DNA of 64,000 bases from Ascoidea asiatica JCM 7603 (Eukaryota; Fungi; Ascomycota), in contig BCKQ01000015.1 in assembly GCA_001600695.1 (NCBI GenBank), positions 196,552 through 260,551 of the forward strand, in the 5' to 3' direction. The stretch's first letter is position 1; the number at the start of each line of letters is the position of its first letter. The notes under the pieces were generated by a model. The model was not told the DNA's origin. It saw only the letters and a list, made by a program, of their open reading frames with translations, and searched no databases. Shown here piece by piece: positions 26,144-39,717 of this stretch. The position numbers were made by a program, and so were the translations under genes.

Positions 26144-29100
26144 GTAACATGACTGATGAACAGAACAAGCAAGTTACCCTGCGGAAAATATGGACTTTCT
26201 CGTGAAAAAAACATGCAATTTGAAATTTTAAAAATTCCTAAAATAAAAAGGTGATTTCCTTTTTACAATTTATAACAGACCGAATAAAACAATTTTTAAA
26301 AAAGCGTGTTAGTTATATCAACCAAGGTAATAAAAGTTTTAGAACACTGAATTAAAACATTTTACATAAATTTCAAAGATAAAAATCATTAAAATAAATA
26401 ACACTAAAGAAAAGTTAATCCAATTAAATAGGTAAACCTTGAAGGATAATTTATTTTTTTCTTTGACACAGAAAACTAAAATATCCTTCAACACTTTTAC
26501 AAAACTAATTGGCATCCAGCTCATGGTCTTTTTCAATAACAATTTATAAGAGTTGGTTTTCCAAATTAAGCACCAATACAATTTATTACTTTCAAATAAT
26601 TAATAATATCCTTTCAGCTACAACTATGTCATTAATTACAATAAAAAAACATCAAGCTAGTTATTCAAAAAATATAAAATATAAAACGGCTATAAATGAA
26701 ATAGAAAAAGGAATGAAAGTGAGTAAGGCTGCAGCACTATTTCAAATAGATCGAAATCATTTGAAAAAAAGGTACTTAACCAATAGTATTAATTCTTTAA
26801 ATAATCATATTGAAACTAAAATAAGAAAAATTCCAATATCATTTGAATCCAAACTGGCCTACATTATTAAGGCAACTTTCAAAACTCAAATATCAATCCG
26901 AAAAGTAGATTTCATTAAATCTATTGAATTAGGTTTTAAGCAAATGAGTACCTCGATTACTTGCAGTGATAGCTCCATAATCAGTTTATTTAGAAGAAAT
27001 AAAATTATTTTTTCTAATAGAAACAAAAGCCAATTAGATGAGGCTCATTTCCATTTGTCAAACGAAATATTATTGAAAAATTGGTTTGAAGAGTTTAATC
27101 AAATGATCAAAAATAAAAAAATATTGGAAAAAAACATTTTCAATTTGGATGAAACAGGTGTTTATCCTGCATCTCAGTAAGATCATCGATCAGGTAATAG
27201 CACAGAAATTAAACTGAAAAAACCAAGTTCAACATTACCTACTGTAATTAAGGCAATTTGCTTAACTGGATTGCAAGTACCAGGATTTACACTTGTTCCT
27301 TCAACTAGTGAAAAACTGAATATTTCATTAAAATCAAGTGAAATTCAAAAATTATCACAAACTTACTTTTACCATTTCTGTAATAGCTGGAATACCAGCA
27401 AACTTCTCATGGACTACTTGAAATGGTTCCGAAATTATATCGTTGAATTTCACAATTATGAAAATTTCCTCATGCATTTACTTATGGATGGCCCCTCATG
27501 TCACTGTACCTCAGAAGTTATTATAAAAGCAATAGAGTTAAATATTAACTTAGTCAAATTCCCACCAAACTCATCTCCTTATTTACAACCTCTTGATATC
27601 AATTTTTTCAAGTATGATAAACCACAAATTAAACAATTTTCTACAGCTTATCAAAAATGGGGCTATTTTGATATAAAGAATTTTGAACAAAATGAAAAAC
27701 TCAACCACATTTTAAATATAGATGGTGTTTTAAATCAAAAAGATATTTTTTTGATCGAAATTATGTTAACAGACATATCAGAATTCAAAAACAACATAAT
27801 AAATTCATTTAAATATGCTGGAATAGAATCAAAAGTTACCAAAAAACTTTCTTTTATTCAGTTTAAAGCCATAAAGAGAGCTCTCAAATTGGCTAGAAAA
27901 TCATTTGAAATTTTAATAAAAACTGAAAATAATAACATTTTAATTGATTATATTATTGCAGCCACAAAACCCCTAGAGTTAAAAAATCAGACTTTCCAAA
28001 TAATTGATATTCTTTTCTGCATTTTTGGTGATAGTTTTCCAGTTAATAATCAACATTCAACTTTCAATCCAGAAGAAGAAGTCACCAAATTAATAACATA
28101 CTCTCTAATTGAAAAGTCTATAAAATTTCAAACCCATTTGGAATCGAATTTAAAATACATGGTAGAATTGATAAGTAAAATTGAAGGGGGCCTTGATAAA
28201 AATGTAAATGTGGAAGCAATTAAAGATATTTGCTTATTTAGAAGTGACAATCCAGAATTTTCTCAAATGTTGTTCCATTGCCGAAAAATGTTAATTTCAA
28301 AACTTAACTCTCACCTGTTAGTCACCTCGCAAATGCTCAAAAACTATGGAGCTTTATCTAATTGGAAATTCTGTAAACAAATGGTGCTTCAAAGGTGGTT
28401 CTCAGAACTATCAAACGAAGACACATTTCTGGTGTAAAATGAATTCTTGGAACCCATTGTGCACGAAGCCAGTGCAATTGCAAAAGCAAAGCAACACATA
28501 TTTGCAAAACAAAAGTTAAAATTAATAATATTCAACCTTTACCTATCTAATTATAAATGGCATTATAAAAATTAAATAGAATTACAGCTCTCAAGTAAAC
28601 ATCTTTTTCCCCAGTTGCAATTTAATAGCATGGCCATTTATTTGATATTTCGTTAACACACATTTCAATAACTTCATTAACTGTCTCATGATTTTGGTAA
28701 TTTAACATACTAAACCAGTAAAGAGAACGCTTTTAGAAGTAACGAAATTATTATGTTTTTTATTTTATTTTTCATTTGAATTATAGTTATGTTTAGTTTC
28801 ATTTAATTGACCAAATATAGAATTTTGAAAATTTGATTGACCACAAGCTGCAGTCTAATTACAAACAGTTTTTGATGATCAACCAATGGTTGAGTGGCCA
28901 AAACGATATTTTTTGAAGGATGTGGTATTATTTTTGTTATTAAAAACGAGACATAGTAGTTGATGATTTGTTAAAATTGGAGTTACCAAATGGTGTTGAT
29001 CAATTGAAAATTGATTACTAATTTTATTTGATTTGAAAATAGAACATAAGAATCGTAGTTAAAACAAGGTTAAGATTATATCAGAAATGTTCTGCAAAAA

Positions 29101-29299
29101 TTAATGAAATTGAATAAGTTAAATAAAATTTGAATATTGGAAAATGGGAATTTAATAATTTGGAGATGTTATATAGCCTTTACATTTTGTTTTATTTTCA
29201 AAAGAATGGTTCTAACTAATTATTATGCATGTTGTTTTCACGACAAAGTCTATTTTTTTGGCAGGGTAACTTGCATGTTCTTTTCATCAGCCATGTTAC
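26144..29299 (+). mobile_element. pogo/Fot1-type (Tc1-mariner superfamily) DNA transposon with ~75-bp inverted repeats
   Basis: Transposase from ATG 26626 with an N-terminal HTH-like region, NIFNLDETG, LLMDGPSCH and FPPNSSPYLQPLD. ORFs 26509-27180 and 27271-28437 are in the same frame, split by one TAA (27178-27180). Inverted repeats at 26144-26217 and 29226-29299. Confidence 0.9.
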
Positions 29300-31899
29300 T
29301 GCCTTCATTGTTTTTATTCTAACAACAGAGTAGGGTGGCGGAACATTTTTGTTAGTAAATATTTTGTTGCTGTTAAGTATATAGCAACAAAACAAAAATT
29401 CTGCTGAGTCGGACTGTCATCTCCGTTGGAGATAGTGCGTCTTTTCGCCGGCTTTGTCATGGTAGCTCCCATATGTATTGGCAGCTTACGTACGCTATAC
29501 AACATGTGGGGATTGACTGTTCCTGAATCCATTCAATATATTAGCTTAAATTGGTTTAGAAGTGCTGCATTAGTAAATTAGATGTCAATTATAATAATGA
29601 TTCATCCATCAGTGAAGGACTTCAAAAATATTTTTGTTAAGAAATGAGATTTTTAAAACTTCGAAGGCTTGCATGTCTTCAGCACGAATTCAACTATATG
29701 ATATGATCGTATAAAGTAAGTTGGAAGCAATTATTGTCTTCAACCAACACATTTTGTCCATACTTGTTTTCACTTCAATTATTATTACTTTCATTTCAAT
29801 CAATATTATCGGTCATGGATCTACAAATATTGACATTGTTAACGTTAAAAGTAGATGAATTGTTTATAAGGGTTAAATTTGTGCAATATGTTTATATCCA
29901 GATGATTATTTATTTGCAGTTACAAGTAATAAATATACTAAATCCCTTTTGTTGGCCATTCAACAGTTCCAGTTTTTTTGGAATCCAATCCGTTTAAAAT
30001 CACAGGTTGGATAAAATAATTTCAATTAACTCGAATTTCAAAAACATATCAGCTCAGTCTTGCAGTAATCTGGATACGTCAATTTTGGATCCGTCCTTCA
30101 CTTTAATTAATAACTGTGATACTGATGTCAATCACAGTAACAATGAAATTCAATTATATTGAATAATTTGAAAACTCCAGATTTATCTAATAGTTTATTC
30201 CACTCCTTTAACTAAACCCTCGATATTTTAGCTACTTCTTTGAATCTAACCAATTCAAATCAATAATATATTTTGAATACTTCATTAAAAACATAGCTGT
30301 CAACTCACCAAAGAAGTATTCAGTGACACATTTATATATAGCAAATAATATATTATATTTATCCAACTTTAAACTTAACATTACAAAATTTAACATACCT
30401 AAATCTTTCAAATAATCTCATACGAAACTCGTTTTTTCTTTCTTCCAAATTCGTTAGAAGTATTAACCTCAAATAATGCAATTCTATGTTTTTATTTATC
30501 ATATAACTCTTAATCGCGTTTCCCATTTAATTTATCTAATATGTTGAAAAATATTTGAATTCTGGATATATCTAACAATCAAAATATTTTTCTCGGATAA
30601 AATTTTATATCTTCAATTGAATTTAAAATTTGATTGACCATCATAGTGGCTGAATATTCATCCACGAAATTTGTTCTCACTGAACTTTGGAAAAGTCGGT
30701 GATATGAGAATGCCTTGGAGTTTTCCTGCAAATATATGAATGTGGAATTACAATTGGTGTTTGAAGAGATTGTCATTAAAAAATAATGAATAAAATTTGT
30801 TTGAACCTCAATCGAGTTTAAGAGTTAAAACATCTCCTTGTAGGTCTGTGATACTAGAAATACTTGTATAGTTATAATTAATTTATAAACAATTAACTAT
30901 TTCAAGATTGTTTTAATATTTTGAAAACAGAAATTTTACTTGATTTAAGTTTGATGGGCGACAGTATTTTTTTTACTTCTTTTAAAGCCTTTCTGAGAAC
31001 GAATTGAACTGATACAATTCTCATTTCTTTGACTTGGAATTCAGTGTTTTTTCTTATTTCTTTGGACATTTATATCTATGAGATTAGAATAGTATGATTT
31101 TATTAATTTATTTTGACTTTCACTTGAAATTTTCTTTTATATTTAAAGTCAATTTCAGTAAAAGTTCTTTGTAATTATCTTTTTCACAAGTTACAAAATA
31201 TTGTTGATTATTTCTTGAGCTGCTCTTCACCAGCTTTCACGCCAATCTTGTTTCTTTTCTCCTGAAATTTTCATTCGTCATACATAAATTAATCTGTTAT
31301 CATAGCACTAGAAAGAGAATTTTCAATTGAGTTTAACCATATTGCAATTAAGTTCTTACAAGTGCTCAAATTAAATAAGTTGATCAGATCTAAGCTAAGG
31401 GGTTATATTTTTATGTATTTTTAGCAACACTTCTAAATCTTATTAAAATTGTATATTGAATCATAGATGACTTGAGTTTTCTTTTCATTGACTTTATCCA
31501 AATTTGGGATACGTTTTACTCCAGTCTAATTATTATAATTCGCCGTATAGCCGTGAACCGTTGGTGATTGGCCATACATATTGTTATATATCATCCGTTG
31601 TGTGTGTGGTATATATTTGCAAACCAATAACAAATATAGATCCAAAAACCTAACTATTTTGTCAAATGATTCATAATCAATTCATTTAATTTAAAATAAA
31701 GCTATAAAATTTAAAACTATTATATATGGCTATAAAACTACCACATAACTAGGCTCATATACACCCAAAATGTACAACCGATGAGTGGTTATCCTTAGAA
31801 AATTTTCGATCTGTTATCACTGAAACCCACTTTTTGAAGATTTATTCGGTGGTATGAGTAGCAAAAGAGTTCGTGATTAACGATGACATGGGCAATCGC

Positions 31900-33918
31900 G
31901 TATTCTTTGGCCCTAGATATCTATGCCAGAGGATCAGGACGTTTGGGTGAATAATCCCGATTTATTTACTATCAATGGAGGTTTAGTGAACAACCTTATA
32001 CGATACAATGTTGCTAAACGATCACCAATTAGAGATGCAAATTTGAACAGAATTAAAAATCCAATGGTAAAACTATATCACTTAATTAATGCTTCAAGAG
32101 AAAAAATGATCAATGGAACTTCACAGCCAGCACACTCAGGTTTAAGAGCATATATGACTTCCACAAAAAATCAAGTAATAGAAATAAGCAAAATTGAATA
32201 TAAAGACAAACCAATGGCTTGCGATATCCCCACCATTTACAATCAAGCCGAGTACGTTTACAAGGCGCATGTTATTCTTGGGAAAGTTTTCAAATTGCAA
32301 GTGACAAACAAGAACAGATGGAGAATCAGCAACCGCTTACTATGCAATTTGATAATCAAATGCGTAAATTGCTAACGACACTAGTTGAAATTATTTTGGG
32401 CCATTTTTTTCTTCGCCGGATATCCAACAAAATTGCAATTAAGCGTAGTGATACTTTTATCAGGAAAAAGAGTATAGGGATAATGGGTTCATGGGAGTGA
32501 TTTATATTTCGACACTCGAAGAAAAAACCCTTAAAGCGTCACATTCAGCCAGGTTTATTGGTTTACCAAGAAATAAAAACGTTCAGGTTTGTCCCTTCAT
32601 GACATTTAGTTGTTATATCCATTATATTTTGGACTATTCCCTTTCAACTCATTTCCTAAACACATAACTGTTTAATCTAAACAATCGTGGTATGACATAA
32701 AACTTTTATTCTTAAGCAATCCAAATAATTCTGTCTCGTACGACTACGAATGTACCTTAATAACAACTTTTTAAATATAGCTGTTTGAGTCCAAAGCCAT
32801 AACGCACTTTGGACGAAACGGTGCCGGTATGATTGCTGATACGAAACGCATGAATATCGATGAAATTCGTTCTTCCAGGCATTTGAAGTGGATGTCTTGA
32901 TTGAAAGTTATGTTCGTGACATAAGTATGCAATTTCACATTACAACTCTTGGTTCGAACGGACTGAGACGTACTGGTTAGATCGTACATGTCTTGAACCA
33001 GATGAATAATTGCAGAAACTTATCTTTCCCTGGCTTTACGAGGCCATATCAACATATGATACTACTAAGGATACTGATAATGGTGCCGAAGGATTTTTTA
33101 TTTTGCTAAAAACATTTAGACTTACAATCCCTCAAGATATGGTTGCCCTAGCCCAAAATCGAAGCTCTGGGTTTCAGTTCATTCTTTTGAGCAAAACTAC
33201 AGAATTTAAAGATTTTGAACATCGTTGGAGAAAAAAAAGTCACACATTGATTACAAAAAAATCTCATTGCAGAACTTTCATATTACATATCAAAGACGTT
33301 GTTCGTACAGTACTTGCAATACCGCTACAAAATCTATTCTCTTACTCCGCAGCTATTTTAAAGCGCAAAAATAAAATCAATGATACCTATTTGATCCTCA
33401 CCAGATACATCACATATATGATTGATAAACCCCAAAATCAAGATTCTGCAAAGGATGCTGCAAGGGATAGAAATAAACCCATTGATAACCCGAAAGAAGT
33501 TGGAGAAAAACATATGAGAAGTAAAGATATTGCGAGGAGCAAGAATGATAAACTTTCTGCAGTAGCCAAGAATATGCAGCGTCAACCATTAGTATCAGGG
33601 CAAACTTTTAAGATGAGCAGAACTATCAATAATGTTACATGCGTCCTCGATGAATCGTATACTAAAGAACCAGTTTGTGTAAATGATATGGAAATGAAAT
33701 ACGCATCAAAATGGCGATCAGGTTCTGCTGACCGAAGCTTCTTGCACAAAACAAAAAAAACGATTATGATTGTCGAAGAGATTCACTCCAATGCCATAGC
33801 CCGCACAGCTGCAAATCGCAAAACCATTGGTCGTAAAGTGGATGCTTATAATGAAACAAGAGGATATTCATTGAATTCCATAGCTTATTTAACTGCAGAG
33901 AAAACGCACGGTATCTGA
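31900..33918 (+). mobile_element. Crypton-like element relic 2 (tyrosine recombinase/NDC10_II plus GCR1_C domain)
   Basis: THFGR (HxxR) at ~32800, LIESY candidate catalytic Tyr, LIFPW...GFFILLKTFRLTIPQD, and C-terminal FKMSRTINNV...MEMKYASKWRS...RSFLHKTKKTI, the GCR1_C pattern. Confidence 0.82.
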
Positions 33919-34169
33919 AAGTAATATTGGCAACCATTTAAGAGCCATTAAACAATTTATATAAATAAACAATTACTAGTTCATAATTTTTTATTTGTTA
34001 GAATCCATTTTACTTTTGTTTCATGGTTTTGATGAAAACTACTTACGCCAACATTTCAGCCTTTCATTTGCTTAATAGAATATAATTAGTGGCAGATTCA
34101 CAAGCGATAGTTTAGTGAAAATAAAATATATTGTAACTCAATCATGTTTTCTTAACATTGATGCAAATA

Positions 34170-34545
34170 AGAAACTGAAAAATAACTAAAGCAGATGAAG
34201 CCTCGCCGGCTTCCCCTTCACCTGCAACTTCATCTCCAACCTGTTCAAAAGCAACAACTTCTTTGGTGTTTTTAAGTAATGGTTCTCCAACTGCTTGTTT
34301 ATCTTTTGGAGCAATGATTTCACCATGTACTGATACTGCTTTAAGGAAAACAGAATTGAACATAATGTTGTCTTTAATACCTTTAGCTCTAATAGCTCTA
34401 ATAATAAATTTGGTTTTAGTTAGAGTAGTTCTAACTTCAACACCAGAATAACTGAAGACTCAAACACCTTAAGTGAAATTCATTATCATTGGCTGAAGAC
34501 AATAGTTTCAAACATAAATTTCATTTTTTAACTTTATTAATCGTG
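34170..34545 (-). pseudogene. RPS3: 40S ribosomal protein uS3 pseudogene with a large internal deletion
   Basis: YSGVEVRTTLTKTKFIIRAIRA (compare yeast Rps3 GYSGVEVRVTPTKTEVIIRATR) is joined directly to GIKDNIM...IIAPKDKQ (compare GIKVKIM...IIEPKEEE). The N-terminal KK...NEF part is frameshifted. Confidence 0.8.
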
Positions 34546-34599
34546 AGAGCATCGTTGTTCGGATATTTTATTGTTTGATGAGCTCCAGCATTCATAATT

Positions 34600-36170
34600 G
34601 ATTGAAAAGTCATTATCAAGAGTTCAGTAGATTATGGTACTAGCAAAGGATAAACGTTTAACTGGTTTAACGTTTGTAAACCATTTCATAACTAAAATTT
34701 ATAGCATTTAAATCAGGCGGAACTTCTGAATTCTCTGTTGGTGATGTTAATGTTAAAGATTGAGTTGCCTTAGGAGATCTGTGCAGACTTATTGACGGAT
34801 TACTTAATAATTTCAAATTACTTTCTGTTAATGGTTTTATAATATGTCTATTCTATCCTTGATTTACTCTGATTAATTTCTCTTGTACTCGTTTGATATT
34901 TTTATATTCTAATTCAATTAATAAATCATCTAGTTGTTTGGATTCGGTTCAAGTATTAAATCCTGAATAAATGATTTCTTAAAAAATTGATATTTTTTAT
35001 TAACAGGTTTGGAATCTTTATTACTTACAGTTAAAAATGAAGGTCTCATTAGTAAATGTCTTATAGTTATTGCACCACTTATCGAATTATTAGGATTGCA
35101 TAAGTCATCTAAAAATTTTAGTTTGAATTAATTGAAAACATTCATTTTCTTAATCATTTTAGGCTAATTGAATTTCAAATTTAGAGACATCAATCAAATT
35201 CTCAATTATTGCAATTAAAAACGAAAGATTTGCTGTTGGAATTGTATAAAATACTTTTGAAATAGAATTTGAAATTACGTTAGTCATTGGTAAATCTTTT
35301 TGAAAATTAATCAGAAGATTGATTGGGAGAAGTTTTGAATAAGTTTCTATTTGAATTTGATGAGTTATTATTAAGTTCATTAATTTGTTTATTCTCAATA
35401 TTTTTATTAGTTTCAGGATCTTCAATATAATTCAAAATAAATTTTTTTAAATCATAAACTTTTAAAACATTCAACGGTTGTAACAATGAATTTCTAGTTT
35501 CATTGCTTTTTTGAGGAGTTTCGGCTTTATCATCAATTGGAATTGAAATTAAAATTTGACGTAAATTAAAGATATAAATTGATAAAACATTTATCACAGA
35601 TTTACTTTTTAAATTATTTGGTCCTTGTCATACTTTTATATTTTGAACGTTATTTAATAAAGAAACAGGAGTACAAAATAAAGAAGTAGAAAAATTATTA
35701 TTATTATTTCGATTATTAATTGAATTATTTAATTTCTGTATCTTAAATAAATGGAGAATAATAATTTAAAGAATTAACTGTAAAAATTTCCTTTAATTAA
35801 AAAGTTACAGATAAATTATTATTTCATTCAGAAATTCAATTATTTAATTTTTGACTTTTTGTACATTCAAATTCAGAATTTTTCATTAATAAAAAATTTA
35901 AATAGTTGCAAGACTATAAAATATTTGAATTTATTAAAGATTGACATTCTTTTGATAATAAATTTCTAGAAGAACTTGTTGTTGTAGATAAATTATTATT
36001 TTTTGCAGTTTATGGTGGATAAGTAATTGAATTAGTATTATTAATTTGCAAATTTGAATTAATATTAATTGATTTAAAAATTGAAAATTTTGAATAAATC
36101 AATTTTTAATTGAAGATAACTTTTCAATTGGTCTAAAAGAATTAGTAAATTCTTGAAATAATACCCATGT
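34600..36170 (-). pseudogene. Degenerate unknown host-like gene
   Basis: ATG at ~36168 followed by frameshifted ORF pieces (35159-35425, 35307-35597) with the same N/I/L/K bias as SYO1. Identity not recognised. Confidence 0.45.
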
Positions 36171-37371
36171 CAGTGATAACAAAGATAATGGTGAACACGA
36201 TGACCTAAATGATCAGGTTCATTTATCCATATTCTATGGTAAGTCCAAAAATAGGCTATTTAGCACTCAATTGTTTTCCGATCTTTCATTTGCAAGACTC
36301 ATTTTTTTGTTATTTTCTTCTAAATCAGGAGAAACTAGCCAAATATTAAATCTAGAATAATGAAGGGTAATATTATCACCGGTGCCGTAATGCATGCAGA
36401 ACATGTCAAATTTTCGAACTGAAAATTCAGCCACAACGTTATAAAATGGTTAGAAGTGACGTGAATTTTAGTTTTTATTGAAGGAAACAAACCAAAATTT
36501 TGGATGTAAATTTCCGACTGAGGTCCGTTTCGCTATGTAGTGCGTTTGCCAAACTAGCTTATTGTTCCTAGTTGACGAAGAGTCTCAGAATAAAGCATAA
36601 TTGCACAGATGTCGGAAAGCACATTCAAAACAAGATCACCTGATTAAAAAATTTGAGCGTTAGGTTAGGCATTGCGAGAGCATAAAAGTAAGGTGAGGTC
36701 CAAATCTAATTTTTAAATAATTGGCAAGTGGCGATAGACCGTGTAAATATTTTGATTGTGTACGTTAGCTGCTTATCAAATTGCTAACTGTATACAGATT
36801 TCGTAAATAGATGGACATTTCTGAAACAAGTTCTAAACACTTTGCAGTACGGCGAAAGTTTCTGCTATTGGTAAGCACGTTCTGGCAATTTCAACAAACC
36901 AATCTCACACTTGTTAATAATGTCACACGACGCGGTGATTACTGTGATAATAAGAAGGTGATTTAATTACGTTAACAACAATCCGCATCATGGTAAAACA
37001 TTTTGGAAGTATTCAATAACTTCTATTTTGTGAACAAATCAGAACAGGTAGGCATTTCTTTGTGCGATACAATGAGTGTTTACGTGTGTCGGTTGGCTCG
37101 TAAAACGCTTTAAGACAAAACGCACAAATGACTGTATTAAATCAATGCAGGCTTTTACGCACGTGACTGATTAGGGGCAAAATTTATTTAGGACGATTAT
37201 GACAATAACGCGTAAAAATCAAAATTACAGCCCTTTTTACTGTATTTACGAATCGCCCCATGGTAGAATATGTCGGTGGTAAGATTTAGATAGAATATAA
37301 GTTTCAGATTCTGTCAAGAGACTGTAAAGATGAGAATAAAAATTTTAGAATGCAAAAGCTATAAAATATAT

Positions 37372-39543
37372 TTATTCAGTTTCTTTATATTTAATAAATC
37401 TATTTAAATTATTAACAACTTCATCAGCTCTTTCTTTTAAATCTTTTTGAAGCTTTTTATTAATATATTTCTTACAAAGTTTTGGTAATTTTATTGAAAT
37501 TTTTTTAAAATTATTTAAACCAATTTTATTTCTTTGAAAATTTTCAAAATCATAATCAAATTCTTTATCTCCATAAATATCAAATAAATTATCAATATTA
37601 TTTAAAAGTAATTTAATATCAATTTTAATTATATCAATATTATTAAAAGCATAATCATTAATTTCTAAAATTAAAAAATTTCCAATGATTTTATTAATTT
37701 CAATATGATTTTTAATTTTACTTAATTCAGATAATAAATTTAAATAATTATTTATAAAAAAATTAATATCTTCAATTAATTCAATTTCAAAATTTTTTAA
37801 AATTTTTATTAAAAAGTAATCATTAATAAATTTTCTTAATTTATTTATTAATTCAATTATTAAATCATTTTTCATAATAATTTTATTATCTAAAATTAAA
37901 TCATTTTTAATAATTTGAAAATTTGCAATTAAAATTAATAATAATTTATTAATTAAATTTAAATTTTTTAAATTAATTTCAAAATTTATATTAAAAAAAA
38001 TTGAATTTAAAATTTTATTAATTATTAAATCATTAAATATTATATTTTTCCAATTATTTAAAATTATTTTTAATTCATTTTCATTATTAATATTCTTATG
38101 TTTATTATTAATTATATTATTAAATAACCAAGATATATTAATTAAAATATTTAAAGATTTAATTTCAAATTCTTCATTTGGTAAAAATTTAATTAAAATT
38201 AAATTTGATAAATCTTGATTTAAAGAATTTAAGAAATTTAAATTATATATTAAATTATTATTATCATTTATAATATCATTTGAATTACCAATTAATTCTA
38301 ATAAAGCTAATAAAATATCTAAAGATAAATCAATTGATTTATAAAAATTTTTTAAATTTTCTTTTTCATTTAATCTTTTAATAATTTTTTCTTTTCTAAT
38401 ATTTTCATTTTCACCAGTAATTAATAAAAAATTTTGATCATCTAAAATATTATAATTTTCAGTTTCTTTTAAATTTAAATTTTTTAAATAATTTACTAAT
38501 TCATTATATATATTAAAGATTGATTCCATTGATTGTGGATTGTAATTGGAAATGTCATTAAAAATGTCATCATCATTATCATTATCATTATCATTATCAT
38601 TATCATTATCTAATTGAATATCATTATCGAGATTATTATTGAGATCATCTAAATCATCATCTAACTGAAATTGAATGAAATTTTGAAATTCAAAAATTTG
38701 TAAATTTATACCATGAATTAAAATATTTGTTAATGGATTTAAGTTTTTAAAATTAATGAAATTTTTAAATAATTTTTTTGAAAATTGAATAAAATTATAA
38801 TTTTTAATTAAAATTTTTAAAAATTTATTTGATAAAGTTGAAAAATCATAAATTAATTCTAAAATTGAATTATAAAGATTAATATTTATAAAATTAAAAT
38901 TTTTTAAAATTAATAAATTTTTAAAAATAAAATTTAAAATTAAATTAATTTTATTTGAATTTAAAATTTCATTAATTATTAAATTTGATGAATTTTTAAT
39001 TATAGAATTTAATAAATTTAATAAAATTTGAATAAATTCAAAAGATTCATCATTTTTTTCATTTAATAAAGATAATAAATTAAATTCAATAGTTTTAAAA
39101 ATATTTTTTCTCCATAAATTTATTATTAAATCATAATTATTATTTAAAATTAAATTATTTAAAAGATTAAAAGATTGAAATTTAATTTGATTATTTGAAT
39201 GATTTAATAAATTATTTAAAATTATATTAATTAATTTTTCTTTTAAAAAAATTTTATTAAAATTTTCAGTTTCTATTAAAATATTTATAGAATTTATTGA
39301 TAATAAAATTTGATTAATATTAAAAGAATTTAAATTATTTAATAATAATAATATATTTTTTTTTGAATTTGATTGAATTTGAGTTAAATCATTATTACTA
39401 TTATCATAATTGTTATTATTATTACTATTTTGATTAAGTAAAGTTTGATTTAATTGATTATTTTGTTTAATAATTTTTTTTTTCAATGAAGATTTTTCAT
39501 CTCTAAATTGAGCTAATTTTGAAATTTTTTTTGCTTTACCCAT
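37372..39543 (-). CDS. SYO1: Symportin 1 (Syo1/HEATR3), ARM/HEAT import adaptor for Rpl5-Rpl11
   Basis: Intact 723-aa ORF with basic N-terminus MGKAKK, LWRK motif, acidic internal loop, and C-terminal LFDIYGDKEFDYD...KERADEVVNNLNRFIKYK characteristic of Syo1. Confidence 0.85.
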   Translation of the reverse strand: MGKAKKISKLAQFRDEKSSLKKKIIKQNNQLNQTLLNQNSNNNNNYDNSNNDLTQIQSNSKKNILLLLNNLNSFNINQILLSINSINILIETENFNKIFLKEKLINIILNNLLNHSNNQIKFQSFNLLNNLILNNNYDLIINLWRKNIFKTIEFNLLSLLNEKNDESFEFIQILLNLLNSIIKNSSNLIINEILNSNKINLILNFIFKNLLILKNFNFININLYNSILELIYDFSTLSNKFLKILIKNYNFIQFSKKLFKNFINFKNLNPLTNILIHGINLQIFEFQNFIQFQLDDDLDDLNNNLDNDIQLDNDNDNDNDNDNDDDIFNDISNYNPQSMESIFNIYNELVNYLKNLNLKETENYNILDDQNFLLITGENENIRKEKIIKRLNEKENLKNFYKSIDLSLDILLALLELIGNSNDIINDNNNLIYNLNFLNSLNQDLSNLILIKFLPNEEFEIKSLNILINISWLFNNIINNKHKNINNENELKIILNNWKNIIFNDLIINKILNSIFFNINFEINLKNLNLINKLLLILIANFQIIKNDLILDNKIIMKNDLIIELINKLRKFINDYFLIKILKNFEIELIEDINFFINNYLNLLSELSKIKNHIEINKIIGNFLILEINDYAFNNIDIIKIDIKLLLNNIDNLFDIYGDKEFDYDFENFQRNKIGLNNFKKISIKLPKLCKKYINKKLQKDLKERADEVVNNLNRFIKYKETE

Positions 39544-39708
39544 TGGTTTTCCTTAATTTAAAAATATTTGATGAAGAAATGATAAGAATAAAGGTTAATT
39601 AATATAATTGAAGGTATGATATTGAAGATCAATTGAAAAGAAACTTGATTAATAAATTAATTCTTTAGTTATCATTCATCGATGTTGATTGATATTTATT
39701 TATCATTC

Positions 39709-39717
39709 AAATTTTCA
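39709..39717 (-). promoter_or_regulatory. RRPE-like element upstream of SYO1
   Basis: AAATTTTCA (TGAAAATTT on minus) ~165 bp upstream of the ATG, with a second TGAAAAATTT at ~40029. Typical of yeast ribosome-biogenesis promoters. Confidence 0.5.

Noticed and set aside
29500-31450. Coding-like minus-strand tract
   Set aside because: No continuous frame or recognisable motif.
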